Origin: a virus
Lineage: Duplodnaviria > Caudoviricetes
Virus record (IMG/VR): IMGVR_UViG_3300035180_000124
Coordinates: 1 to 58,428 of that record
Reading direction: 5' to 3' (one strand)
DNA length: 58,428 nucleotides
Positions 8,552-17,398 of the stretch are shown here, piece after piece. The notes under the pieces are model-generated. The model saw only the letters and a program-made list of their open reading frames with translations, was not told the DNA's origin and ran no database searches. Within the stretch, counting starts at the first letter, position 1. Each line of letters starts with the position of its first letter. The position numbers were made by a program, and so were the translations under genes.

Positions 8552-9004
8552 TTATTTAGAACCGGAACCAAAGTTTCCGCGAGTGGATGTTGACTTACGT
8601 TCAGAGAACAAAGTCGCCATACGCGGGTCTTGCTGGCGCATAAAGTTATTGTCCACAGACTCCATATTAGTCTGCGCCACATTGTTGTAGTAATCAGAGA
8701 TGGCTTGCGCACGTTCGGTAGGCATCTTGCAAAGCATTAGCCCACCAATTTCGACGTTGCCCGTCTTCTCATTACCAACCAACATCAGCTCTTCGTGGTC
8801 TACTGCCTTTACCGGAACCCAACCGTCGCGCAATTTACTTGACACGTTAGTAGGGTTACTTACTCCCAAGATATGAGTTCCAATCCACCGATAGGTGTAT
8901 CCGGGCTCAGGCGTGGGATCGGGCAGTGTGCTCGAAGGGGTATACACAATGCGAGCACTTTTGTCGCGTGCAGAGAGATCACGGGATGTACGAGAATCAG
9001 CCAT
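8552..9004 (-). CDS. Conserved head-module protein
   Basis: PGYTYRWI...GWVPV...GGLMLCKMP motifs; between scaffold and capsid. Confidence 0.75.
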   Translation of the reverse strand: MADSRTSRDLSARDKSARIVYTPSSTLPDPTPEPGYTYRWIGTHILGVSNPTNVSSKLRDGWVPVKAVDHEELMLVGNEKTGNVEIGGLMLCKMPTERAQAISDYYNNVAQTNMESVDNNFMRQQDPRMATLFSERKSTSTRGNFGSGSK

Positions 9005-9005
9005 A

Positions 9006-9923
9006 TTAAGCCTCCAGTTTTGCTACTTGAGCAGCGTATTGCTGCGGGGTCATTCCAAATTTCTTCGCTAGCGCTACCGCTGACGTAGTAAGTTGAACCT
9101 TGCGAACTCCAGACGAACGTGTCGCAGGAGCGACCACCGATGCAGGACGCCTGTTGGCTTCACTTTTTCCGAACACTTCCGGGAACTTACTCTTCACACG
9201 AGCATCAATTTGCTCGAAATACTCGTCACTTTGCGGATTCACACCCGAGTTCACTAGCTTTTGGTGCAGCCCTAGTGAGTAGCTGGTAACGTCTTCAAAC
9301 CCATCAGACCCGAACCACTGGTTTTTTGCCTGCCAGCGCAGAGATTTTTCGTCAGGTTGCACCCGTTGAGGTGCTGGTTGTTGTGTTTGTACCGTATTTT
9401 CTTGTGCTTGTAAAGGGGTATGTCGATAATTCTTTACAGCTTCCAATTTAAACTTGGCGTCTGTCATCGCTTCTTGTGCTGCAATGATGGCGTCAGTGTC
9501 AAAAGCTTCCTGCGCTTCTTTGTACTGCCGACGTGCTTGTGCCATCTCGGCTTCGGCAGCGGTCAAGTTAGATGCCACTACTTGCTTCGTACCTTGGTCA
9601 ACATAACCCCGTAGAGTTTTGTTCTCCTCCATGATGCGCTGCGCAAAAGTTTCTAGCTCCTGCTTTTCTCGCATAGTCGCTTCTTTAACGCGGCGCTCGT
9701 CGTGACGAGCATGGGTCAGTTCCTTGATGCGATTACGCACCTTGTCAGAATAGGACTCAATTTCTTCGTCGGTAGGGTCTACGACTTCCCGATCAAGGGG
9801 TTTGCGACCTCTGTCCCGCTCGGGGGTGTCATCAACAACTTCGATCTCTACATCACCGTCAGTGACTTCAATTTCGATGTTCTCGTCATCTGTTTCGTGG
9901 GGGAATTTAAATTGTTCAGCCAT
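9006..9923 (-). CDS. Putative capsid scaffolding protein
   Basis: Acidic N-terminus, coiled coil, WxxKNxWFG and C-terminal VxLT...AKKFGMT..QYA. Confidence 0.75.
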   Translation of the reverse strand: MAEQFKFPHETDDENIEIEVTDGDVEIEVVDDTPERDRGRKPLDREVVDPTDEEIESYSDKVRNRIKELTHARHDERRVKEATMREKQELETFAQRIMEENKTLRGYVDQGTKQVVASNLTAAEAEMAQARRQYKEAQEAFDTDAIIAAQEAMTDAKFKLEAVKNYRHTPLQAQENTVQTQQPAPQRVQPDEKSLRWQAKNQWFGSDGFEDVTSYSLGLHQKLVNSGVNPQSDEYFEQIDARVKSKFPEVFGKSEANRRPASVVAPATRSSGVRKVQLTTSAVALAKKFGMTPQQYAAQVAKLEA

Positions 9924-9931
9924 GATTGCTC

Positions 9932-10366
9932 CTAGACGTGTGAAATACCACGGGGGTCTTGGACGACAGCTTCAATCTGGTCGTCGTTGATAAGCCGCAT
10001 CTCTTTGCCGTACATTTTGAAGCGGGTACCCGTGTACGTGCGCACCATAACGAAGTCACCGGCTTTACACCAAGGCCCGTTGGGAAACTTGACAGCGTCC
10101 TTGTACGCGTCGGGGCCGACACGCAGGACGAACAGAACCGAAGTGGTCTGCTCTTCACGGTGGGCAACGTCCCAAGGCTTCTCAAGGTCTAGCTCCGTGC
10201 CGTCGATCTTTTTTGAGACTTCAGGGACAATGCAAAGCATCTTGTAGCCAGCAGGCGTTGGTAGCAGTTGCGCTTTTTCTTCGTCGGACGCTTGCTCATC
10301 CGGCTTTGCAGTCGGTTGGAGAGCTTTTGGCAGGACGATACCCGGTGGTAGTAGGATTTCACTCAT
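9932..10366 (-). CDS. GroES/Cpn10-like co-chaperonin
   Basis: PxGYKML, VLRVGPDAY, CKAGDFV and RLINDDQIEAVV match the Cpn10 pattern. Confidence 0.8.
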   Translation of the reverse strand: MSEILLPPGIVLPKALQPTAKPDEQASDEEKAQLLPTPAGYKMLCIVPEVSKKIDGTELDLEKPWDVAHREEQTTSVLFVLRVGPDAYKDAVKFPNGPWCKAGDFVMVRTYTGTRFKMYGKEMRLINDDQIEAVVQDPRGISHV

Positions 10367-10553
10367 CTGAGGTTTCGACTTTCTTTAGCAGGGCCAGTAG
10401 GTGAGACTCTGCGTAGGCTAGGCCCTGAATAACCCCGCAAAGTTTTTGGTACTCGTCAAAGGTACGACAGGCCCCACCAGCCAAGTCGTCCGCGTAATTG
10501 TTCATGTCTTCACGTATTTTCTGGCGCAGTACGTCTGCGAATTGGGAAATCAC
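10359..10553 (-). CDS. Hypothetical protein
   Basis: Short helical ORF (EYQKLCGVIQGL) coupled to the portal and GroES-like genes. Confidence 0.75.
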   Translation of the reverse strand: MISQFADVLRQKIREDMNNYADDLAGGACRTFDEYQKLCGVIQGLAYAESHLLALLKKVETSDE

Positions 10554-13093
10554 TCAGTTTCTCCTTTTGATGCGGCTGGTCGGGCCGTTTGTAGCGCTTT
10601 GAGCGCCTGATCTCGTTTGTCTTTGGCGATCTGCGTGCCGATCTGTATCCCTGCACGCTCCTGCTCAAAGGCTTGCTTTTGCTTGCTTTCGTTGATCTGT
10701 GCCCCCATTTGCGTGCCTTTTAGCTGCATGTTGGCTTGAAGTTCGGCCAGTTTCAGCTTGTTTGCATCGGTTTTAGCGTTGATGTCTGCTGCCAACTGCT
10801 TCTCTTTGAACTGCATCTCAGCCTGCGCCTTCTGCTGTTCCAACTGCAACTCGCCTTGCTTGATCTGCAACTCGCCTTGCTTGAGCTGCAACTCCTGCTG
10901 CTGCATCTGCACCAGTGGGTCTTGTGCTTGCTGCTGAGCCTGTTGCTGCTGAGCCTGCTGTTGGTTCTGCTGCAGCGACTGTTGAGATGCCTGCGCCAGC
11001 ATGCCTGATAGGGCTTGTTCGATCTCTGGCGACAGCTTGTCGTCTTCGTCCGGCATGGGAATGCCCAACTGCGCTTCGATCTGCTTGCGGTACATGTACC
11101 CTGTGTGGTCGGCAATGTGCGCCATGAGCGCTGCTTGGATCATCGGGAACTTAGGGTTCTGGCCAATGGCCTGCATGACCATTGGGTCTTGCAGCATGGA
11201 CATGTGCACCTGCATGTGGGCCTGATGGTCTTGGTACTGGAACGCCTTGACCGGCTCGCCCTTGAGGACAGCCATGTTCTCAGACACGGGGTCTTTCGGT
11301 TTCATGTCGTCCGGCAGGGGAACCAGCTTGTCTGCATTCTTGATGCCCAGCACCTCCAGCATATTGCGGTGCAACTGGGGCATATTGTAGATGTCAGGTG
11401 CCGACTGCGCCATTTGCATGACTGCTTGGTACTGGACAACGCGCTGGCTCATCGTAGCGGCGTTGGGGTCACTGACGGGAATTACGTCCACATGGTCGTA
11501 GTCTTCCTTCTTAGCGCCTTGGTTGCCGGACTCGTCGTCACTTCCTTCCGGCTCGTACTCGTAGTTCGTGTCCGTGTAGTCACGGATGATCCCTGCCAGC
11601 AGACGCAACTCTTGCTTGAAACTGTAGTGCAGGCGGGCTTGGACTGCCGACATCACCTTCAGTTGGCGTTCCAGCAGCGCCAGCGTGGTGCCCACCGGTG
11701 CCTGAGCTGACATGTCGCTTACGTTCATGTCCGCCGTGGAGGCGAAGCGACGGCCTTCTTCGACGATGTTACCCAGCAGGGTGTACAAAACCTGACTTGG
11801 CTCTTTGTAAGGCAGCGGTAAGATATTGTCCCGCAGTGCGCCTGAACCGATGTCTACGTCTCGGAACTCTCCCGGAGCGATTGGCGTGTCATCGCCCTTA
11901 ATCCTAAGTCCACGAGACTTGAGTCCGCCGGGGAGGTTGGAAAGTGTGCCCGCGTCCACGAGCTGTCGCATAATACTGGTAGCCGATTTCGCAAACCCGC
12001 CGATGAGGTGAAAGAGTCCGAAGCCGTACGCACCAAAGCCGGGGATGTATTGGTAGTGGACGAAATGTTGGCGCTTGAGTTTGAGGTCATCTTCTTCCAG
12101 CCAGTTACGGCGAATTGCGAGCACCTGATTGGAGCCCTTAATCATCGTCACGACGTACGGCAAAGCTATACCGGTTTCCTCGCCATCTTCTTCGTCGTTA
12201 TATCCGTCTATGTCTAAGTCAACGTGCACTTCGTACAGGGTGTACCGTTCATCGTTGATGTCCGTGAAGCCAGTCTCCTTGTCCTTGGCCTTTTGGATGT
12301 CCGTGGACTGCTTGGTCGGCTCTTCCAAGTCGCAATCACGATAGAACCCCGCCTTCTGCAGCTTAATGATCTCGTTCTTGGTCTTGCGCATGACGTGCGT
12401 GATGCGGTAGCAAGTGTCCAGATCGGTCGTGCCATAGGGGAGAATGATGTCCTCGGCGGGGATGAACATCGAGACCTGACGGTTCAGGCTTGGGTCGAAG
12501 TACACCTTCTTGAATGCCGAGCCCGTTGCGGGCAGGCTCCAGAGCATGCGCTCTTGCTCAGGCCGAAACTCACGCATGACTTCTGTCAGCTCGTAGTTCA
12601 TGTCAGCCTCGACACGCTGCGCTGCCTGCAATTTCTCTGGGGTCTCTTTGCCGATGATTTTGGTGCGCACCGGGCCTGCTGCCGGGAACATCTCGGTGAT
12701 GGTTTCTGACTGGAACCTTACAACGGCTTCCGTAATCATGGGGTGGAACACACCAGACGCGCCATTCCAAGGCTCCGTGCGCTCTTCGTAGTTCAAACCA
12801 AGCAGCTTCAAGCCCTCGGTGTACGTTTTTTCCCAGTCCTTGCGGCTGTTCCGGTCGTTGTCAATGTCGCCCGATAGCTCTCCGGCGACTTTTGTCAGGG
12901 CCCCTTCGTCCAAATCTTCGGCCAAATTGTTGCCAAACTCGCTGTCTTCGGTAGGCTCGATGTCGATCTCTACGTCCCCGGCGTTAATGTGCACTTCTTC
13001 GGGGTCAACAATCTCAATTTCGATGGGCTCCTCGTCCTGAGCCAGAGATTCGATTCCTTGGGGGGCTTGGTATAAGCCTTTATCAACAGCCAT
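10550..13093 (-). CDS. Portal protein
   Basis: 847 aa immediately after TerL; GSAFKKVYFD, YGFGLFHLIGG and LVDAGTLSNLPGG motifs; Gln-rich C-terminal coil. Confidence 0.85.
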   Translation of the reverse strand: MAVDKGLYQAPQGIESLAQDEEPIEIEIVDPEEVHINAGDVEIDIEPTEDSEFGNNLAEDLDEGALTKVAGELSGDIDNDRNSRKDWEKTYTEGLKLLGLNYEERTEPWNGASGVFHPMITEAVVRFQSETITEMFPAAGPVRTKIIGKETPEKLQAAQRVEADMNYELTEVMREFRPEQERMLWSLPATGSAFKKVYFDPSLNRQVSMFIPAEDIILPYGTTDLDTCYRITHVMRKTKNEIIKLQKAGFYRDCDLEEPTKQSTDIQKAKDKETGFTDINDERYTLYEVHVDLDIDGYNDEEDGEETGIALPYVVTMIKGSNQVLAIRRNWLEEDDLKLKRQHFVHYQYIPGFGAYGFGLFHLIGGFAKSATSIMRQLVDAGTLSNLPGGLKSRGLRIKGDDTPIAPGEFRDVDIGSGALRDNILPLPYKEPSQVLYTLLGNIVEEGRRFASTADMNVSDMSAQAPVGTTLALLERQLKVMSAVQARLHYSFKQELRLLAGIIRDYTDTNYEYEPEGSDDESGNQGAKKEDYDHVDVIPVSDPNAATMSQRVVQYQAVMQMAQSAPDIYNMPQLHRNMLEVLGIKNADKLVPLPDDMKPKDPVSENMAVLKGEPVKAFQYQDHQAHMQVHMSMLQDPMVMQAIGQNPKFPMIQAALMAHIADHTGYMYRKQIEAQLGIPMPDEDDKLSPEIEQALSGMLAQASQQSLQQNQQQAQQQQAQQQAQDPLVQMQQQELQLKQGELQIKQGELQLEQQKAQAEMQFKEKQLAADINAKTDANKLKLAELQANMQLKGTQMGAQINESKQKQAFEQERAGIQIGTQIAKDKRDQALKALQTARPAASKGETE

Positions 13094-13102
13094 TGGGTGT
13101 CC

Positions 13103-14644
13103 TTAGTAGTATGCGGTCGGGCGACGGGCGTAGCGATTTGGGTCGTCCTGCTCATCAGAGTCTAACGAAATAAACCCCCCTTGGCGATAGCGCAGCAAGG
13201 CTTGGGTAGTCGTGTCCACGTAGTCATCGTTCTCGCCAACGGGAAAAGCGGCGATCTCTTCGATCACTTCCCGTGCCCAGCGTGTGTCTGGTGCCCAGAC
13301 TTTACCAGAGGTGAACAGGTCTGCCACCGCATTAAGCCGCACCATCTTGTCGTTGCCCCGGCTGGGGCTAAATTCCTGCACGGGGATGCCCATCGCCCGC
13401 AGTTCTTGGATCAACGGCCCTCCAGCGGCCTTCTTTTCCACGATAAATGCGTCTGGCTCCCACTCTTTCCAGTGTTTCAGCGCTACTTGCTTGAGTTCTG
13501 GGAACGTCATGCGGTCTTTGAAGGCATCCAGCAGGATTACCTGCGGGCTGTCGCCTTCTTCCTCGTTATAGAACACCCCCCACGTCGTGCAGGCGCTGTA
13601 ATCGGAGGTATTTTTGATTTCGTGGGCCGTATCCCAGCTCTGCAGGATGTAATCGCACTTCGGAGGGGAGTCACTCTCCCATATACGCCAATGTTTGCGT
13701 GAAACCAGCGCGGAGTTCTCGCTCGTGGGCTGCTGCATGTACTGCGCATTCCAATACCGGGGCTCAATACTGGCCTTGGTAGCCTTGAGCGTCTCCAGCG
13801 GCCACTGTTCTGGCCAAAGCGACTTCTCATTGGGCTCGTCCTCGTTGAGGATGGCGGGCAGCTCCACGATTTCCCAAGGAAGTGAGTCTGGGTTCTTCGC
13901 TTGATAGGTCAATAAGCGACCTGTGAGGTCTAAAAGCGACCACCGCGTCATCACGATGATGATCGCCCCACCCGGCATCAAGCGCTGCAAGGGGCCAGTC
14001 TGGAACCAAGACCATGCCGTGTCAAACGCCAGTCGGCTGTTAATCTTTACGTCCTGCTCGGAGTGGGGGTCATCAATAACGAACAGATCAGCACCACGAC
14101 CGGCAAGAGCGCCCCCAACACCGGCGGCGTAATACTGGCCACCCGCAGCAGTAGACCACTTGCCAGCAGCCTTTTGATCTGCTGCCACCCGCGTTTCAGA
14201 AAAGATCGCATGGTAATCCTCAGAGTCGATCAAGTTACGTACCCGCCGCCCAAAATCTTCTGACAGACTGGCAGTATGTGTACCCATGATGATCTTCTTC
14301 TCCGGGTACTTGCCTAAAAAATAGGCAGGAAATAAGTACGAGCTGAACTCGGACTTGCCCATACGCGGCGCGATGTTGATAATCACGCGCTTTTTCTTGC
14401 CTTCAATCACGTCCGTGAATATCTTGGCCAGCTTGCGGTGCTGCGGCCCAATCTTGAATCCGGGGTACACGGCGCTGGCGAATCCCAGCATGTTGTTTTG
14501 CGCCGCCATAAGGGACGCACGTTTCTCGCGGATTTCCAGATCGTCGAACAACTCCATCTTGTCTTTGATGGACATCGTGGGAAGCGCCCGCATGAGCGCT
14601 TCCAGTTCAGCCTTGCTGAGCGTGGTTATTTTGTCAAGATTCAT
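13103..14644 (-). CDS. terL: Terminase large subunit
   Basis: Walker A APRMGKS, GRGADLFVIDDP (Walker B), and nuclease motifs SWDTA, IVEKKA, DDYVD. Probable start MNLDK at 14644. Confidence 0.93.
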   Translation of the reverse strand: MNLDKITTLSKAELEALMRALPTMSIKDKMELFDDLEIREKRASLMAAQNNMLGFASAVYPGFKIGPQHRKLAKIFTDVIEGKKKRVIINIAPRMGKSEFSSYLFPAYFLGKYPEKKIIMGTHTASLSEDFGRRVRNLIDSEDYHAIFSETRVAADQKAAGKWSTAAGGQYYAAGVGGALAGRGADLFVIDDPHSEQDVKINSRLAFDTAWSWFQTGPLQRLMPGGAIIIVMTRWSLLDLTGRLLTYQAKNPDSLPWEIVELPAILNEDEPNEKSLWPEQWPLETLKATKASIEPRYWNAQYMQQPTSENSALVSRKHWRIWESDSPPKCDYILQSWDTAHEIKNTSDYSACTTWGVFYNEEEGDSPQVILLDAFKDRMTFPELKQVALKHWKEWEPDAFIVEKKAAGGPLIQELRAMGIPVQEFSPSRGNDKMVRLNAVADLFTSGKVWAPDTRWAREVIEEIAAFPVGENDDYVDTTTQALLRYRQGGFISLDSDEQDDPNRYARRPTAYY

Positions 14645-15224
14645 GGGCGACTGACGCCGGTACGGCGTCAGAAATATCGAGTACGTCCACCACACCCATG
14701 AACCGGTTGAGCTTTTCCTTGATCCGCGTGTCCAGCTCGCTGTCGGTCAGCTCTTCCTTCTTGATCTCTATCTTGTCTGTGAACAAGCCGATCTCCGTCA
14801 CCTTGCCGAGTAGGCCCAGCGCCTTGAGGCGGATGTTGGCGTTTGTGCTTTTGGTTTCTTCGACCAGTTGGGCGACTACGTAGCCGCGCAGTTCTTTGGC
14901 TTGGTTGACAAACTCCCAGTCGTAGGCGGTCAGCATACCTACAAGATGCTGCACTGCAGCAGGAGTCTTCACATTGGCGATGGCCACTGCGGTGTTCTCT
15001 GGAGGGGCTGCAGAGATGATGTTGGTGAAGGCTGTCTGCGCTGCCTTGGCGTCTAAGGGCTTGGCGATCTCATCGGAGTCCACAGCGCCTAGGTTCTTTA
15101 GCCAGTCGTTGGTGGCAATTTTAGCATCAAGCAGTTGCTCTGGGCTTGCCTTGTCGGCGCTCAGTGCAGCGTGAGATGTGTGCTCATACACCTCAGGGTC
15201 AAAATCTATCAAGTGATCTAACAT
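14634..15224 (-). CDS. Putative terminase small subunit
   Basis: Directly upstream of and overlapping TerL; RLKALGLLGK motif and a 'TDSELD..I' tail. Confidence 0.7.
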   Translation of the reverse strand: MLDHLIDFDPEVYEHTSHAALSADKASPEQLLDAKIATNDWLKNLGAVDSDEIAKPLDAKAAQTAFTNIISAAPPENTAVAIANVKTPAAVQHLVGMLTAYDWEFVNQAKELRGYVVAQLVEETKSTNANIRLKALGLLGKVTEIGLFTDKIEIKKEELTDSELDTRIKEKLNRFMGVVDVLDISDAVPASVAHES

Positions 15225-15240
15225 GCGTAAGCCCTATATC

Positions 15241-15269
15241 TTGCAGCCTCGTTCTGGGTAGTATACACT
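15241..15269 (+). promoter_or_regulatory. Sigma70-type promoter for candidate sRNA
   Basis: TTGCAG-17 bp-TACACT. Confidence 0.6.
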
Positions 15270-15274
15270 TCGCT

Positions 15275-15390
15275 CCGGTGATTGTGCAAGGCGCTCGTGC
15301 TGAGCGTGTTGTCATTTGCTTCTCCTCGTTCAAGTTGATTTGTCATCACTGAACTTTAAGCCTCGTTCCCCGGAGTCGAGGCTTTTTTTT
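15275..15390 (+). ncRNA. Candidate ~115-nt anti-RBS small RNA
   Basis: Bounded by a promoter and an intrinsic terminator. Two internal hairpins flank GUCAUUUGCUUCUCCUC, which is complementary to the RBS+AUG of several early genes. Confidence 0.6.
15358..15390 (+). terminator. Intrinsic terminator
   Basis: AAGCCTCG...CGAGGCTT stem running into an 8-T tract. Confidence 0.8.
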
Positions 15391-15691
15391 GCAAAATTTT
15401 TTTGAGGTGCCTATTTTTTAAGCAAGGGGGTGGGTCTGCTATCTATGCGTTTTGTGCATAAAGTTGTCTAAGGTTTTACAAAGAACTGCTTAAAACTTAT
15501 CAAGTTTTTAATTAATGTGTTGTGCGCGAGCGAAACAGTGTTTAAGGCGGCTATGCGACGCGACGTCATAAAGGGGTCATACCCCCACGGTGGGGGTCGC
15601 CTTATACCACAGATAGGGTCAAAAATACCCCTTCAAGTAAAATTCAGTTGTCGATGCAGTGGGGAACATCTCCACTGCGGGACGTCAACAA

Positions 15692-15709
15692 GTGGGACAG
15701 CTGTCCCAC
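15692..15709. repeat. 18-bp palindrome copy 1 (GTGGGACAGCTGTCCCAC)
   Basis: Perfect palindrome directly before the RBS of the 15723 gene. Confidence 0.9.
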
Positions 15710-15722
15710 CTAGGAGAAACTT

Positions 15723-16127
15723 ATGAAACTCAATGCAATCAATGCCGCTATCACCACCGCCTTCAACGCAATCGAGGCAGGTCAGCGGGCGCATGTCGCC
15801 TTCAAGGCCGCTATCGTTACGTTACGCCCCTTGTTGGTAGGCGAGACACGGGACACGGCCAAGGCCGTGATCGCACCTATGGTGGCCGAGTGCTACGGCG
15901 AGGGCTACGCTGACGGCAAGTGGGCAGACAAGGACGGCGCGGCTAAACGCAACTGCAACCGCATCTTGGCTGAGTTGTTCAATGGTAGCCCTGCTGTCAG
16001 CACCAAGACCCTCGTGAAGCTGCCCAAAGGCACCGTGGCTGCGTTGCAGGCCGCTCTGGCAGGGTTGACCAAGGCTCAGGTCACCGAGGCTCTGGCGCTG
16101 GCAAAAGCTGGCCTGTCGTTCGAGTAA
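15723..16127 (+). CDS. Early hypothetical protein (Ala-rich)
   Basis: AGGAG RBS; flanked by palindrome copies 1 and 2. Confidence 0.8.
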   Translation: MKLNAINAAITTAFNAIEAGQRAHVAFKAAIVTLRPLLVGETRDTAKAVIAPMVAECYGEGYADGKWADKDGAAKRNCNRILAELFNGSPAVSTKTLVKLPKGTVAALQAALAGLTKAQVTEALALAKAGLSFE

Positions 16128-16145
16128 GCGGGACAGCTGTCCCAC
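16128..16145. repeat. 18-bp palindrome copy 2
   Basis: GCGGGACAGCTGTCCCAC immediately after the stop codon. Confidence 0.9.
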
Positions 16146-16263
16146 TGCGTTTCCCCGGCGAGTTTCATGATCGAGGCTTGGCCGGTGTTTCGTTTCGTGT
16201 CTATCGCATCCCCGCAAGGGCGCGGTATGCGTAGTCGTAGGCCTTCACGACTGAAGGGAAAGT

Positions 16264-16281
16264 GTGGGACAGGTGTCCCAC
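16264..16281. repeat. 18-bp palindrome copy 3
   Basis: GTGGGACAGGTGTCCCAC. Confidence 0.9.
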
Positions 16282-16352
16282 TTCTGCCTAAATAATAGGC
16301 AATTGTCGCCCAAATGCCCGGCGGGCGACAATTAGGCAGCTTTTCTGGCCAA

Positions 16353-16623
16353 TAGACTGGTGTACTAAAAAACTACCACCCCGAAACCCGCGCCAATACT
16401 AGCGTTAGGCCAAAGCAGGGCAAAACAGCCAGCTATATATATACTTAAAGAAAAGTATTTATATATAAGAGCAAACGTAAATGTGTACGTACGTATATCC
16501 GTACTACTTACCTACGGGGGGTGTAGGCTATAACCCCAGAATTGCTGGATGTCTTGCCCTGCTCAGCGTAAGTCGTTGATTCCATTGACTTTTCCGGTGG
16601 CAGAAATTTAGTACACCTGTCTA
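16353..16623. repeat. Nested imperfect inverted repeat around AT-rich core (candidate origin)
   Basis: Arms 16353-16386/16591-16623 and 16414-16433/16544-16563 share a centre at ~16488.5 on the palindrome GTACGTAC. Confidence 0.7.
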
Positions 16624-16684
16624 CACACCGGCCAATTTCATAATGTGGAACCAAAATAGATTGTACAATGTGTGCATAGGAGAA

Positions 16685-16702
16685 ATGGGACACCTGTCCC
16701 AC
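16685..16702. repeat. 18-bp palindrome copy 4
   Basis: ATGGGACACCTGTCCCAC. Confidence 0.9.
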
Positions 16703-16706
16703 CATA

Positions 16707-16740
16707 AAACGGTTAGCAGCGTGCCGACTCACGCCGCACT
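16707..16740 (+). promoter_or_regulatory. Leader hairpin element copy A
   Basis: AAACGGTTAGCAGCGTGCCGACTCACGCCGCACT, near-identical to 17671-17704. Confidence 0.65.
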
Positions 16741-16758
16741 AGAAACTAGGAGATAGAC

Positions 16759-16944
16759 ATGACAAGTGTTATTAAAACCGAGCAATTAGCCCGCCTCCGG
16801 GCGCTCCGCGACGACATCGCCAAACGTACCAATCACGACCGAGCAGAGCGCCTCAGAAAACAAAGGGAGGCCGAGACCATCAGCGACTATTGGATGGCCT
16901 ACACCCAGCGCACGACCAAGCGTGCAGGAAGGGGTGCACGATGA
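16759..16944 (+). CDS. Early hypothetical protein
   Basis: AGGAG RBS; ATGA overlap with the next gene. Confidence 0.75.
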   Translation: MTSVIKTEQLARLRALRDDIAKRTNHDRAERLRKQREAETISDYWMAYTQRTTKRAGRGAR

Positions 16945-17180
16945 AAATCAAACCCGAACACCTAGCGCACCTACGTGACGCCATAGCCCAGCACGACACA
17001 GACTTCCATCGCTCACGCTACGCCGCAGCAGGACTAACCACCATGCGCTACCAATGGGACTTAGTGCGCCACGCTGGCCTTATGCCGTGGCTGTGCGACA
17101 CGCTGTACCAATACCTGAACGATACGCATATCCAAACCGCGCTCAACCGCATCGTCAAACCCCTAGGAGAAACCAAATGA
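16941..17180 (+). CDS. Early hypothetical protein
   Basis: Start MKIKPEH at an ATGA overlap; C-terminal YxYLNDTHIxTAL. Confidence 0.75.
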   Translation: MKIKPEHLAHLRDAIAQHDTDFHRSRYAAAGLTTMRYQWDLVRHAGLMPWLCDTLYQYLNDTHIQTALNRIVKPLGETK

Positions 17181-17398
17181 AAACCAAGTACCGCGTAGAA
17201 GTGGAAGTCCTATACACCCAGCACATCGACGTGGAGGCCGACAGTATGGAAGAAGCAGAGGCAACCGCGCTAGACCAGTTCGATGTCAACCAAGCGTCCG
17301 AAACCGACAGCCGCATCCATTGGACTACAAACCTCGACAACCCGTCATGGCTCGACCAACCCATACCTTTCACACCAACCCAAGGAGAAACCAAATGA
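17177..17398 (+). CDS. Early small acidic protein
   Basis: AGGAG RBS; KYRVEVEV...VEADSMEEAE pattern common in phage early proteins. Confidence 0.75.
   Translation: MKTKYRVEVEVLYTQHIDVEADSMEEAEATALDQFDVNQASETDSRIHWTTNLDNPSWLDQPIPFTPTQGETK

Noticed and set aside
15199-15315. 38-aa minus-strand ORF MTTRSARAPC... with a strong RBS
   Set aside because: Not listed as a CDS because it has no recognisable features and overlaps the TerS start out of frame, and the opposite strand has a promoter and terminator. It remains the main alternative to the sRNA model.
16481-16496. Protelomerase (telRL) site
   Set aside because: The perfect core is only 8 bp, and no protelomerase or tyrosine recombinase gene was recognised.
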